A stretch of DNA of 64,000 nucleotides from Trichinella spiralis. Taxonomy: Eukaryota. This document shows positions 26,024-39,585 of this stretch, one piece after another (the first letter of the stretch is position 1; each line of letters starts with the position of its first letter). The DNA is taken from the NCBI RefSeq assembly GCF_000181795.1, contig NW_003526944.1:3748596-3812595 (forward strand), in the 5' to 3' direction. The translations under genes were made by a program, and so were the position numbers. The notes below the pieces were generated by a model that saw only the letters and a program-made list of their open reading frames with translations, ran no database searches and was not told the origin of the DNA.

Positions 26024-27332
26024 GGCCGGGAGGGGCGGGGGGCGGCGCGGGGGCGGGTCGGGGGGAAAAAAATACCCTTGATTGAAGTTCCCATTGCTGG
26101 GATCCGAGCAAGGCGGCAGGCCTCTGGTACCGCAACCGGGAGAGGAAGAGGTGAGCTTTGAAAATATGGACTTTGATCATTTGATACGGTTAGGGTCGCG
26201 TCGTGCAGTGTAACCCGTCGAACTCCTGCACACCACCCTATCTCACATTCCTCCTATCCTTGCACTGCTATTCTCAAGCAATTACTTATTCTAATACTCA
26301 AACTATAGCAGTGCTAAAAACTCACTATGCTCAAAATGTCCTTTGAAATGATCGACAAATTATGCAACCATTTCTCTTTCCGCAAATGAACCCTAAACTC
26401 AACTCAAAAGGCATGGGACATGAAAACGTCCAAATGCGGAAAGCCACTCAAATTTATTATAATAATACTCATGATCTACATCCAATTACTCTAATTAACA
26501 AACAATCATGCTCGATAACTTACAGCTCGAGTTTATATAGATTACAGACTCAAGAACTCCTCAGTGAAGTTTAACTAATTAGTCTAACTCAAAGAATTAT
26601 ACTTACCTAACTTACCCTTGTCTTTGGGATCTCTTCTTTTATCTTCTATTCTTCTGTATCTAAATGTAGAAGAATTAATTTAATGAAATAATGTTATAAT
26701 AAATAAAAAAACAAAGCCGTTTTTAGTGGTCTTCTTCGTCTGTCATTGCATTGAAAGCGCCATTGTTCATTCGCCGCACCTCGTTCGCCTACAATCATTT
26801 GAAATGAATTTCTAGAGCAACTAATAGTAGCCTCCGGAAAATTTACATAAAGTTCATTTCCAATGATTAACAAGTATGAAACGTATTTCATTTCGTTGAA
26901 CAAACATTATTTGGGCCACGCATAAGCTCAAAAGCAAACAAATTGAAATTGCATGCTAATTTTAGTTGAAACTGCACCACGCCTTTGTTTGAAAAGATAA
27001 CATTTTCTGTGTCTAAAAACATGCCATCCTCATTGCATAATGCACAAATGAACTTGGCAAATATCGTTCAACGCTGCTGTTAGTCTACAAAGTCAATATA
27101 CCTTGTGAATGGCTATTATGAAGGCAATTTTCAAACGGCCCCTATTTGCATAAATGTCAGACACTGCGCATGCAACGTTAAAAGCCGACTTACGTAAGTT
27201 GAATATGCTACACAATAATGAATTAGAACCTAATGTCAACATAATATAAACAATGGGTGTGCACATTGGTTGCGCCCTCCGACAAGCAAAATTCACTATA
27301 TACAAATTTTGATTTTTCTCATGTCTTTATGT

Positions 27333-27342
27333 NNNNNNNNNN
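27333..27342. other. Assembly gap (10 N)
   Basis: N bases. Confidence 1.
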
Positions 27343-29604
27343 GAAAAAACGTCAAAACTGAAATTATATTGCACGATATGCATCTCGTTTGATGCAGCGT
27401 GTCAAGGGTGGCCGTATTTTTGGGTTTTTAAGCGTAGCATACGCAATCAGTTTCTCGTTGAAAGCTTTAAAAAGCGCTATAGATCTTTTGAAGGTTCACT
27501 AGAAAAACAAACCGACCTCTCGAATCATTTTAAAACAGTTGTGAATGGCTTCAACATCAGAAGATTTAGTAATGGTCAAACTCAAACAGTGTCATTTTGT
27601 AAGCCTTTTTTGTATCTTCAACTTCTGAGACCAATGACAAAATTAAACCGGCAACCAAACACTGCATGATTGCGAACGCATTTGTTACTTGGCCATAGTG
27701 TTGTAAGTAACCGGTGCATTTTTCTGTGAGAATGAATACGTGAATACAACTTCTTCGTTTCAATGACATCTATATCTTGAGGTGTCATCGCCGTAGAAAT
27801 CTGGATACAGTTAGGTTGTTAGTGAACGCCGGATTGTCTATTATTTCTGATTAGTGCTTCTGTGATACACTGACAATAAAAGAGGCTTTTCACATGAGTT
27901 TGAGTTCCATTAAATTTTCACAATGATGAAGACACCCAAGTCACCCACCTCCCATATCAGCGTTGCTGTATATATGCCATTATTTATTTGCAGTGGAGTA
28001 GTCACTTTTAATTTTTCACCATGAATGTCATGTATTAGTAAAATTTTTCAAAATTTCAAAATGACTGAAATATAGATAGAACAATGAATGTCTTCTACTT
28101 ACATATTGTCTTTCTTCCTTTGTCAGATCTATGTATGCATTTCCAACAATTCCCACTCTGGAAAAGTAATTAGGAATTAGAAATTTAAAAACAAATCCTA
28201 TGAATTTTAATATTATTATCAAGCACTGTTATTCGTCTTCAGTTATCTTTTACAACATGGATGCTGCATATTTGTTTATCTGATGATAAACATGCAAATC
28301 CGCAATACATAACCATATATTTATTGTATCACTTACTTGTTTATAATATGCAAATGAATTCAAGCATGTAGAAAATGCTGAAGGGTTGTAGTTTCAAGGA
28401 TCAAGTAATTGCTATATTAATATGATACTTGTTTGTCTGCAGTTACTATAAAAAACAAAAGTAACATGGAAATTGGAATATTTCAATGTAAGTAATAAAC
28501 CGGAAAAACCAAATTTATTTGTCATATTAGGCAAATCATGCATAGAATATCTGCACCTTATCGAATAATACTTACATTTTAATTATAGACGATATACAAG
28601 AGTGTGATTAAATTTACGAGCCTTCTATTATGAAGTCAAACTAAATAAGTGACCACAAAGGCGGCATTCTGCCATATAGTATGATAGTAAGTAAAGTTGC
28701 CTTTGGATATACAACCTAATTTTGCTGCGTGAGAGCGTAATAGCATAAATTATAAGTGTAGTTTTATTAATTTGTCTGTTATAATCAGAGTTCTTTTGCT
28801 TAAAGGCATGTAAGCTGATGAACAGTGCAAATAGTATGGAAATTCATTTCATCAATTTCAATTAGTACATTAGCATTACTGGTTCAATTTGTTATATTAA
28901 CAAATGTAATTGTTGTATGTTGTAAAAAAAATCGAAATTGTCATTCTTTATACTACGTCATATTTTATATTACCATCATATATTTAGGCGGATAATAGAT
29001 ATCTTTGAAAGAAAAGCGGAAGAACCAGTTAACGGAAAATGAAATTTTATTACATACAATTTCTAAAGAATCTCTGAAATGAATTCCTTTTTTTAACTCT
29101 CATTACTGGAAATTATTAATTTTGCTCCTACATCCAAGCATAGAATGAATGTTAGTAAAAAATAGAAATCTGATGGTTTTTAGCGGGAATATCATTAAAG
29201 ACCTACAAGCTAAGATAAAATAAATTTAATGAAGTGCAAAAATTAAAGTTCAACCATACAGAAAAAGCATCAGTTACGTTGGAAACCGTTAAAACACTTC
29301 CACAAGTTACGTGATTAATACTAACACGGTAATTCGGTTTCAGTAACTCACCATTAGAAAGAAGATTTGTTGGGGAATTCAATGAGGCTGTACATAAGTA
29401 TTGGTACCGGTACTGTGGATAAACTATTCGACAAAATTTTGGATAATGTACTGGGCAGTAGTAGATTTCAGCAATTATTCTGCAGGTTTCTGATGGATTC
29501 CTCAGTACAGTCATCTTGCACAATATTGGTTGCACTCCATTTGTGATTAGCAGGTTGTTTTATGTGAGGCATATATGAACAGAAAATAAAAGAAAGTCAG
29601 GAAT

Positions 29605-29790
29605 GAAATAACACTTTCTGAAGATAGTATTGAAGAGAAGAGCAGAACGCTCCTCTTGACTGCTGCTCAACACACTGAAAGACTAAATAACCATGAGAAT
29701 GAAATTCTTCAAATTTATACAGGGTTAAGTCGACGGAATTAGCATATGACATTGCCTTAGGTAAAATCAATTCACTGTTAATCCTAAAAG
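29605..29790 (-). other. Putative exon of an unidentified gene family (homologous to 34055-34235)
   Basis: ttttag|G ATT AAC... open frame INSELILPKAMSYANSVDLTLYKFEEFHSHGYLVFQCVEQQSRGAFCSSLQYYLQK ending at a gt. Peptide similarity to a second copy. Confidence 0.4.
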
Positions 29791-32700
29791 CGTAATTACA
29801 TTACATTACATTACATTACAATCGAACATTTCTTTAACCCCTTCAGACACAAATTTTTTTCTGTGGAACAGTCTTTTTTTAATATGCGTTTTAGACATAT
29901 TATGTTTTCAGAGGAAAGTGATAATCGTAATCCAAGCAATTATGTTGGCGTTGAGGGGAGTAAATATAATGTGCATTTTCCGTTAAAGCAGATTGGATCA
30001 AAATTGATACAGGTAATCTAAGCAACTGTACTCAGCACCTTAAAACTTTAGAAACTGCTGTCAATTTTAGCACCATCTTCACATCAAGGTTTAGTATTAA
30101 AAAATTATTATTTTTAATTTCTGCTCAGTTCTCAATTTATACATCAAAATGCAAATTCATGTTTTTTCATCTCATCTACATGTACAGTAGGGTGCATTAT
30201 AAAAAATCTACAAAGATGAGAAGAAAATTGGCAATAAAATATTGTTAAGACCAGTGTCAAGAGCTCGTAAACACAAGAATGGCTAACAAGCACGTTTTAG
30301 TGAATAGCTATGCTGCATAAAACATTATGTATCAAAATTGATACCTTGGGCATTAAAGGTTTTAATAATGAAAGTTACTTCGTATGTATTAGTCCTTTAT
30401 GTAATATAATACAATATAGATAAATTTATTTTTAAGTGTATTCTTCATGAATGTTAAAGAAGGAAAATTAGATTGATCAAACATGTAAAATATTGCACTG
30501 CGCTGCTCATTTTGAATACACAATTTACTCAAATGCCATGATGTTACATATACTAAAAATCACGCATACTGATTCTGTTTCAAGAAAGCAGCAGAATAGT
30601 ATAGATTAAGATAGACAATGCCTCACATTTACTACATATTTATTGCAAAAACAATGGGCATTTTCTCATGAAACCCTGAATAACAGTATCATTCAACGAT
30701 GTGAAAAACAACTCAACAACAAAAGTATAAATTAAGAAAAAAAGGCTTCAACCGTTCGCCAAAAAACAGCAGAGGCAAAAATAGTCCAAGGCATTTACTA
30801 ATAGATCCATAAAACGATTTACTCTCAAAATCATATCAATTAATTGGAAAAATTTAGAAAACAACAACAAATTTTGCCTCAAAATTGCTTGTGTAGTATT
30901 TGGTGAGATATTGACTTAAAATTTGAAATAAAATGGAACATTGGTGGAAAAGAAAACAAAAGAATTACAATATATAGACAATAAATCAAAATGCAAGGAA
31001 AGGCATTTTGTAAAAAATTTATTACAATGCATTTAAAAATTTCAGCGAAAAAATCATATCAATCAAATAAAATTTCTTCCTGACTTTTCTTTATCATGTA
31101 CAGCATCTTAAATCTTCAAAATTTTCAAACGTAATTTCTTCGATTAATGGTGCTTCTGAAGTGATACTTTCTAAATAAATAAACGCAATAAAATATAAAT
31201 ATACTATAAAATATATTATATATTAAATATAAATATATACAAATAAATATAATAAGTAAATAAAGAAATGGAAATGCAAATTTGTTGCAATTCTGCATTT
31301 ATTCCTTTCATAAATGTCAAATTTTGAAATCAGTTGTTTTATAAATTTCTCAAAAAATCATTGATCACATATTATTCAAAATTTATGAGCATTTATTCCA
31401 GGGGCTACTGCTATCAATAATAACAAATGCAATAACAAATTCGTGCACTTTCCTAGCAACTTTTCATTATTTTAACAGAACTTTAAAGTAAATATCAAGC
31501 GGTTGAGAAAAATACCATGGATGCGGACATTTAGTTGTGTTAACTATTTAATTTAATTACTTTTATTTCAATTTTATACAACTGCCATAGCAAGCTACTA
31601 CATTAAAACCACATTGTCACATGAGGCACATAGGTACAGTTAAAAAGCAAAATACAATTCACAGAGGGACATGCTTGGTATGAATAAAACGCTAATTGGA
31701 TAATAAATATCATGTACTACATGGTATTAAATGAAATGATTAGTTTTTGAACAAAGAGAGACATGCAAGGAATACGTTATGACATTCAGGCATTAATCCA
31801 TGTTAAAGGAAGATAATGTTGAAAATTCATTTCTATCAAGCATAATGAAAAGATATGTAAATAGGAAATGAGTATGTTGAGCAAATTATTTCCATTTCTG
31901 TTTGTTCTGAAACAACATTCAACAAATTTATCAAAACAGAATAAAAATGAAGAAAAAATGGATTGCTGAAACAAGTAATATATTGCAAAAAGCAGCGTAG
32001 TTTGATTGCATTCCAAACTCAAAAGAAGAAAATGTTACGTTCGATAAAAATCACGCATCCTAGTTATGTTTTGAGGAAGTTAGAGATTAGCAGCTTCCCT
32101 ATGTATTAAGATAGGCGCAATGCGCTATCTTAAATAGCCATTTATTCGAAAACTACACGATAGTTTCATGCTGATGTTACATAGCACTATTCTTCATCAT
32201 TTCGAATAACCTCTATTAAAGAAAAAGAAGTTTCGAAAAAAAATTTTTGGAAAATTTTCACAAAATAATGAAGTAAGAAATATGCAATATTCGTACGATT
32301 GAAAAGAAAATACATAAAATATAAACTTAAATAAATATGCAAGATAAATGAATTTGTGAAAATTTATCACCAATGTTCAAATAATCAAGCGAACAGAAGT
32401 ATCTCTTTCAAACAAAATTTGTTCTTGACTATCGTTTTTTCGTTACAGAGTACTTAAAATTTCAAATTTTTTTAAGCGCAATTTCTTCGTTTGACTATTC
32501 TTCTCAAATAGGTATTAGCGAAAATGATCACAGGAGAATGCAATTCTGACGCAATATTCACTTTCTCCCTTCTATAAATGTTAAATTTGCTTGGCAGCTT
32601 GGCTAATGCCAATGTATGGATAAGTTCACTTGTGATAGATTGCTAATTTATTTACTTTTATTGCATTTCCAATTAAGGTTTACGCAAATCATTCCATTTT

Positions 32701-34054
32701 CAATGCATTTTTATAAGCAGTATTCCTGGAGTGTTGGAAAGCGAAAATATACTCAAAAAACCATACTTTTCATATCATTGCTAAGCTGATTGATCAATAA
32801 AGATGATGAACCACATAGTAATGCCTGAAATGATAGTTTTTAACAAATAAAAGATATGAAAAGCATATAATGGGACAATCAGGTATTTTTCAAAGTGAAA
32901 GCAAATTATCGTTGGAAATTCTTCCAACGGTACATTATAAATAGATAAATTAATATAAAGTTAGTATTGTCGGATGTTCTATGTCAGGTTCATGCCGATT
33001 GGAAACACCTTCGATCAAATTAATCAAAATGGCCTATAAATGGAGGGAAATTTGATCGCAGAAATGCAAAAAATATCGTGCGAGGCATCAAATGTTAAAT
33101 GATTCCTTTACTAATATACACAAGGTGTTCCATTTGGGGAAACTCACGCATGCTAGTTGCGTATGAAGAGAATTTCAGATTGGCGAATTCTTTGTGTATT
33201 AACATAGGCAATGTGCTAACTTTAGGAGCCGTTCATTGCACAAGCTCACGGTTCTTTTCCATGAAACATTTCAAAACAATTTACTCTATCCATATGAATG
33301 GAAGTTGGTAGAAAAATGCAAATATTGCGAAACAACGTTTTTCAGCACCCAAAACAGCAAAGTCTATTCATTCCATGAAATTTTGATTTCTATTCGAAAA
33401 TCTTTTAAACAAGTGATATAGATGAATCAAAGGAAATGCAAAATCCATTGACACATTTTCACACAATTCCTAGTAGCGTAGTTTTCGAGATTTTGCTGTA
33501 GTAAATCAGCTACCAAATTTGGATGCTAATTGTAATGACAAAAAAATAAAATGTTTGATAATCACGCATAGGACTTTGCCACGAGTTGCTCAAGTGGCTC
33601 TGACTGAAATTTATTTCGACACTGTAAATAGTTTCCGAAATAAGGATGCTCCTTGTTCAGAGAGAAGAACATGAAATTTGTACTTGACTGCTATTTATAT
33701 AATTCAAGCTACATAAAATTCAGATGTTTTATTTGAGCTACCGTATTCAATGATAACGATTTAAAATTAGCATACAATGAAATTTACGATTTTTCAAATT
33801 AATTATTTATTGCAACATAATATTTTTTACATAAATCCCATTTTATAAAATGAGATTTGAACAATGTTGCTATGTAGCGCAACGAGATATGCATTAGTAT
33901 GGATAGTTGATTATATAAATATTATTTTATATCTATGCCATGAAGCTGATCTGAATGTTAGTCGGCAGAACTGAAGTCCATTAATTTGCAACCAACATAT
34001 TCTCTGTAGTGATACCTGCATAGAACGTTAGTATAACTGTAAAAATCACTTACC

Positions 34055-34235
34055 TTTTAACCATCGATTATACTGAAGAGGAGATTTTATCGCACTTCTT
34101 GAGGGACGTTGTTTACACTGATTACTATGAAGACTATGAATAAGCGTGAAGATGACATTGTCGAAAGTATTTGAATTTCAAGGAAATAGAATAATATGAC
34201 ATTGCCTTGGGTGATGTGAATTCATTTTTGCTCAG
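34055..34235 (-). pseudogene. Frameshifted paralogue of the 29605-29790 putative exon
   Basis: PKAMSYYSISLKFKYFRQCHLHAY* then, in a shifted frame, QCKQRPSRSAIKSPLQYNRWLK|gtaagt. Confidence 0.4.
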
Positions 34236-36135
34236 TTTTAGCGTAACGGTATAGAAACATTATGATAAAGTGTACTAATTGCTCATTAGGAAGAACGTGC
34301 ATGGTTTTGACGTAGCATTCTGTGGAAGCAAATAATGATATATATGAAGTTATTACTAATATAATTAGGTAAAGCTATGATGATGACGTAATATTTTACA
34401 TTTGAACTTCGGATTGTCATTATTTCACTCTTAAGGACCTATGAAATTGTCAGAAATTTCCTCTGGGTGCTTGAATAATGTTAAAATTACAATTGAAATC
34501 GAAAATGAAAATGTTCAGTAGATGTCGATCTGATTCAAACGATGAAGTCAATTTTGCCTCAGCTGCAGTTTTTTGAAAAAGCACTACAAGCATATTTTAC
34601 GTTTATTGAGAGAGCACAGTTAGCATTTGTATTCTGGAGTTGAGGAATGCTGAAGAATGAGTTCAAGAATGGCATTCATCAGCAAAACACTTAATTTGGT
34701 TTCGAAATGTGCCAGTAATTTTTTAATTACTTTCTAAAAACGTTTTATTAGAAAACGGCAACAGTATGAAAAACATTTTTATTAAATTACACAAAAATTT
34801 CCAATCTACATCAAAGACGAAAAATCATTTTCACAATATTATGAATATTCACGTTCAAGTACCCAGAGCAACGCAGCGCTTTTGCTCTGTTAGATGAACA
34901 TATGAGAATCTAATGGAGGAACAAATGTCCGAAGCGCATTTCAAAAGAAATACAGTTCTGAAAAATATGAATTCGAATGGATTCCATACCTAAAATAGAC
35001 CTGAAGCACAAACAAACAAATGATAAAATTAAAATGCAGCTGTGAATCATAAAAAGGCAAACGGAAACATTGCCGCAAACATTAATATTATTTTAATCAA
35101 AATAATCAAGATATAACACGTCGCATAAAAATAATATTTTCATCATAATGCTCAACTCATGGCCAGGGAAATATTTTATTAATACAAAGTAACCATTTAA
35201 AAGATATGAGGAATGAATGCAATCAAACGAAAATCAAATAAAAAGAAACCACATATATATATAAACATCAGAAATTCTCGAATTGTAGCGAAAAAAGGAA
35301 AATATCATGTTACCATTGAAAGTACAATTATAAACACTGCAGCAGGAAAGTAAATGCATTGACTAGGCCCGTACTCCGCAAGCGAATTAACGGAATTAAC
35401 TGCGCTATTGTTAACGCAACCATGCCACGTTAATTAATAAGTGCAATGCATATAAAGCCCCGTTCAACGTTAAAGCATAGCAAAGCACGGCATTCAACGA
35501 CCAATACGGATGAAGGGCTATTGCACAAAAAACCAACCAGAATAACATAAAAAATGAGAATTTCGAAATCTGCATTATTTAATGAACTTATTTGATGATA
35601 TACAAGACAATTACAATACGCTTGTAATTTTTTGGATTAAAAAATGGAAAACTGGAAAATCAGTATCCAGCTCTTCTAAGATATGCAGCGCAAATCATTT
35701 ATGGGCAAATTACTGAGATGTAGTTTCATTTCATGTATTGAACGATTAGTAATTACAAGAAAACCAATGACTCATATCAGCTTCATCTTATGTGTGTATT
35801 TGTGAATATTCACCACTCCCGCTCTAAACATTAAACGTACAATTCATAGCTCAGCAGTGCTCTTTCAACGCTTTCTCCAGGCATGAGCTAGCCACGTTAA
35901 TCAAGCGAACAAGCGCTACGCTATTGATAACGCAACCATGCCACGTTAATTAATAAGTGCAATGCATCTAAAGCCCCGCTCAACGTTAAAGCATAGCAAA
36001 GCACGGCATTCAACGACCAATACGGATGAAGGGCTATTGCACAAAAAACCAACCAGAATAACATAAAAAATGAGAATTTCGAAATCTGCATTATTTAATT
36101 AACTTATTTGATGATATAAAAGATAATTACAATAC

Positions 36136-36145
36136 NNNNNNNNNN
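36136..36145. other. Assembly gap (10 N) inside the tandem array
   Basis: N bases. Confidence 1.
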
Positions 36146-36963
36146 GAATATTCACCACTCCCGCTCTAAACATTAAACGTACAATTCATAGCTCAGCAGT
36201 GCTCTTTCAACGCTTTCTCCAGGCATGAGCTAGCCACGTTAATCAAGCGAACAAGCGCTACGCTATTGATAACGCAACCATGCCACGTTAATTAATAAGT
36301 GCAATGCATATAAAGCCCCGCTCAACGTTAAAGCATAGCAAAGCACGGCATTCAACGACCAAGACGGATGAAGGGCTATTGCACAAAAAACCAACCAGAA
36401 TAACATAAAAAATGAGAATTTCGAAATCTGCATTATTTAATGAACTTATTTGATGATATACAAGACAATTACAATACGCTTGTAATTTTTTGGATTAAAA
36501 AATGGAAAACTGGAAAATCAGTATCCAGCTCTTCTAAGATATGCAGCGCAAATCATTTATGGGCAAATTACTGAGATGTAGGTTTCATTTCATGTATTGA
36601 ACGATTAGTAATTACAAGAAAACCAATGACTCATATCAGCTTCATCTTATGTGTGTATTTGTGAATATTCACCACTCCCGCTCTAAACATTAAACGTACA
36701 ATTCATAGCTCAGCAGTGCTCTTTCAACGCTTTCTCCAGGCATGAGCTAGCCACGTTAATCAAGCGAACAAGCGCTACGCTATTGATAACGCAACCATGC
36801 CACGTTAATTAATAAGTGCAATGCATATAAAGCCCCGCTCAACGTTAAAAGCATAACCAAACCCGGGAATTCAACGACCAAGAACGGATGAAGGGCTATT
36901 GCACAAAAAAACCCACCCAGAATAACATAAACAAAGAGAAATTTCCAAATCTGCATTATTTAA

Positions 36964-37410
36964 NNNNNNNNNNNNNNNNNNNNNNNNNNNNNNNNNNNNN
37001 NNNNNNNNNNNNNNNNNNNNNNNNNNNNNNNNNNNNNNNNNNNNNNNNNNNNNNNNNNNNNNNNNNNNNNNNNNNNNNNNNNNNNNNNNNNNNNNNNNNN
37101 NNNNNNNNNNNNNNNNNNNNNNNNNNNNNNNNNNNNNNNNNNNNNNNNNNNNNNNNNNNNNNNNNNNNNNNNNNNNNNNNNNNNNNNNNNNNNNNNNNNN
37201 NNNNNNNNNNNNNNNNNNNNNNNNNNNNNNNNNNNNNNNNNNNNNNNNNNNNNNNNNNNNNNNNNNNNNNNNNNNNNNNNNNNNNNNNNNNNNNNNNNNN
37301 NNNNNNNNNNNNNNNNNNNNNNNNNNNNNNNNNNNNNNNNNNNNNNNNNNNNNNNNNNNNNNNNNNNNNNNNNNNNNNNNNNNNNNNNNNNNNNNNNNNN
37401 NNNNNNNNNN
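36964..37410. other. Assembly gap (N run) inside the tandem array
   Basis: N bases. Confidence 1.
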
Positions 37411-39585
37411 CTCCAGGCATGAGCTAGCCACGTTAATCAAGCGAACAAGCGCTACGCTATTGATAACGCAACCATGCCACGTTAATTAATAAGTGCAATG
37501 CATATAAAGCCCCGCTCAACGTTAAAGCATAGCAAAGCACGGCATTCAACGACCAAGACGGATGAAGGGCTATTGCACAAAAAACCAACCAGAATAACAT
37601 AAACAATGAGAATTTCGAAATCTGCATTATTTAATTAACTTATTTGATGATATACAAGACAATTACAATACGCTTGTAATTTTTTGGATTAAAAAATGGA
37701 AAACTGAAAAAGCAGTATCCAGCTCTTCTAAGATATGCAGCGCAAATCATTTATGGGCAAATTACTGAATGTAGTTTTCATTTCATGTATTGAACGATTA
37801 GTAATTACAAGAAAACCAATGACTCATATCAGCTTCATCTTATGTGTGTATTTGTGAATATTCACCACTCCCGCTCTAAACATTAAACGTACAATTCATA
37901 GCTCAGCAGTGCTCTTTCAACGCTTTCTCCAGGCATGAGCTAGCCACGTTAATCAAGCGAACAAGCGCTACGCTATTGATAACGCAACCATGCCACGTTA
38001 ATTAATAAGTGCAATGCATATAAAGCCCAGCTCAACGTTAAAGCATAGCAAAGCACGGCATTCAACGACCAAGACGGATGAAGGGCTATTGCACAAAAAA
38101 CCAACCAGAATAACATAAAAAATGAGAATTTCGAAATCTGCATTATTTAATGAACTTATTTGATGATATACAAGACAATTACAATACGCTTGTAATTTTT
38201 TGGATTAAAAAATGGAAAACTGAAAAAGCAGTATCCAGCTCTTCTAAGATATGCAGCGCAAATCATTTATGGGCAAATTACTGAGATGTACTTTTTATTT
38301 CATGAATTGAACGATTAGTAATTACAAGAAAACCAATGACTCATATCAGCTTCATCTTATGTGTGTATTTGTGAATATTCACCACTCCCGCTCTAAACAT
38401 TAAACGTACAATTCATAGCTCAGCAGTGCTCTTTCAACGCTTTCCCCGGGCATGAGCTAGCCACGTTAATCAAGCGAACAAGCGCTACGCTATTGATAAC
38501 GCAACCGTGCCACGTTAATTAATAAGTGCAATGCCTATAAAGCCCCGCTCAACGTTAAAGCATAGCAAAGCACGGCATTCAATGACCAAGAAGGATGAAG
38601 GGCTATTGTACAAAAAACCAACCAGAATAACATAAAAAATGATAATTTCGAAATTAGCATTATTTAATTAACTTATTTGATGATATACAAGACAATTACA
38701 ATACGCTTGTAATTTTTTGGATTACAAAATGGAAAACTGGAAAATCAGTATCCAGCTCTTCTAAGATATGCAGCGCAAATCATTTATGGGCAAATTACTG
38801 AGATGTACTTTTTATTTCATGAATTGAACGATTAGTAATTACAAGAAAACCAATGACTCATATCAGCTTCATCTTATGTGTGTATTTGTGAATATTCACC
38901 ACTCCCGCTCTAAACATTAAACGTACAATTCATAGCTCAGCAGTGCTCTTTCAACGCTTTCCCCGGGCATGAGCTAGCCACGTTAATCAAGCGAACAAGC
39001 GCTACGCTATTGATAACGCAGCCATGCCACGTTAATTAATAAGTGCAATGCCTATAAAGCCCCGCTCAACGCTAAAGCATAGCAAAGCACGGCATTCAAC
39101 GACCAAGACCGATGAAGGGCTATTGTACAAAAACCATATATTAATAACAATCAAATATTAATATAGAACAATAGAAGTACAGAAGAACTGTTGATATTGA
39201 CCAAAAATGCACCGACGGGACCTACACACATGCATACGAGTATTTTTATTGTACACTGACGACAAGTAGTTGACAATTTGACTAAAAGATTTTTTTGAAA
39301 TTTAAGAATGGATTATGACTGACAATTGATTATGCCCATCTGCTGAATTCTACTTGTAACTATCAAGCAGTGATGCAGAGGAAAAAGAATAAAGCAGCAA
39401 AAGAACAATAAGTACAGATTGATAAGTAGTCTGGAACGACGATATGCAAAAATGAATCGTGAACTAAGAATATCACCAGAAAAAAAATGCAATTTTTGAT
39501 TTGCAATAAATTTAGATATATATATATATATATTCAAAGATTCGGTGCAGACGTGTGTGTGTGTGTGTGTGTAAAAAGAGAGAAC

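Larger units (their letters stand above)
35403..39135. repeat. Tandem array (satellite) with a 516-517 bp unit, interrupted by two gaps
   Basis: Unit start cgctattg at 35403, 35919, 36261, 36778, 37455, 37971, 38488 and 39005. Units are near-identical. Confidence 0.97.

Noticed and set aside
26024..26066. G-rich run resembling a G-quadruplex
   Set aside because: Directly abuts a gap; likely base-calling noise.
19604..26180. Long ORFs in the ORF track containing X runs (also 36871-37440)
   Set aside because: Artefacts of translating through N gaps.
29740..29775. Plus-strand YDIAL motif (trypsin-like catalytic Asp), also at ~34195
   Set aside because: Flanked by stops with no His/Ser motifs; the minus-strand frame explains the conservation better.
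30559..30567. Conserved TGA as selenocysteine
   Set aside because: The copies carry other stops and frameshifts, and no SECIS was recognised.
35403..39135. CRISPR array, or 5S rRNA/SL RNA repeat
   Set aside because: Eukaryotic context with whole-unit repeats and no unique spacers; no recognisable 5S or SL sequence.
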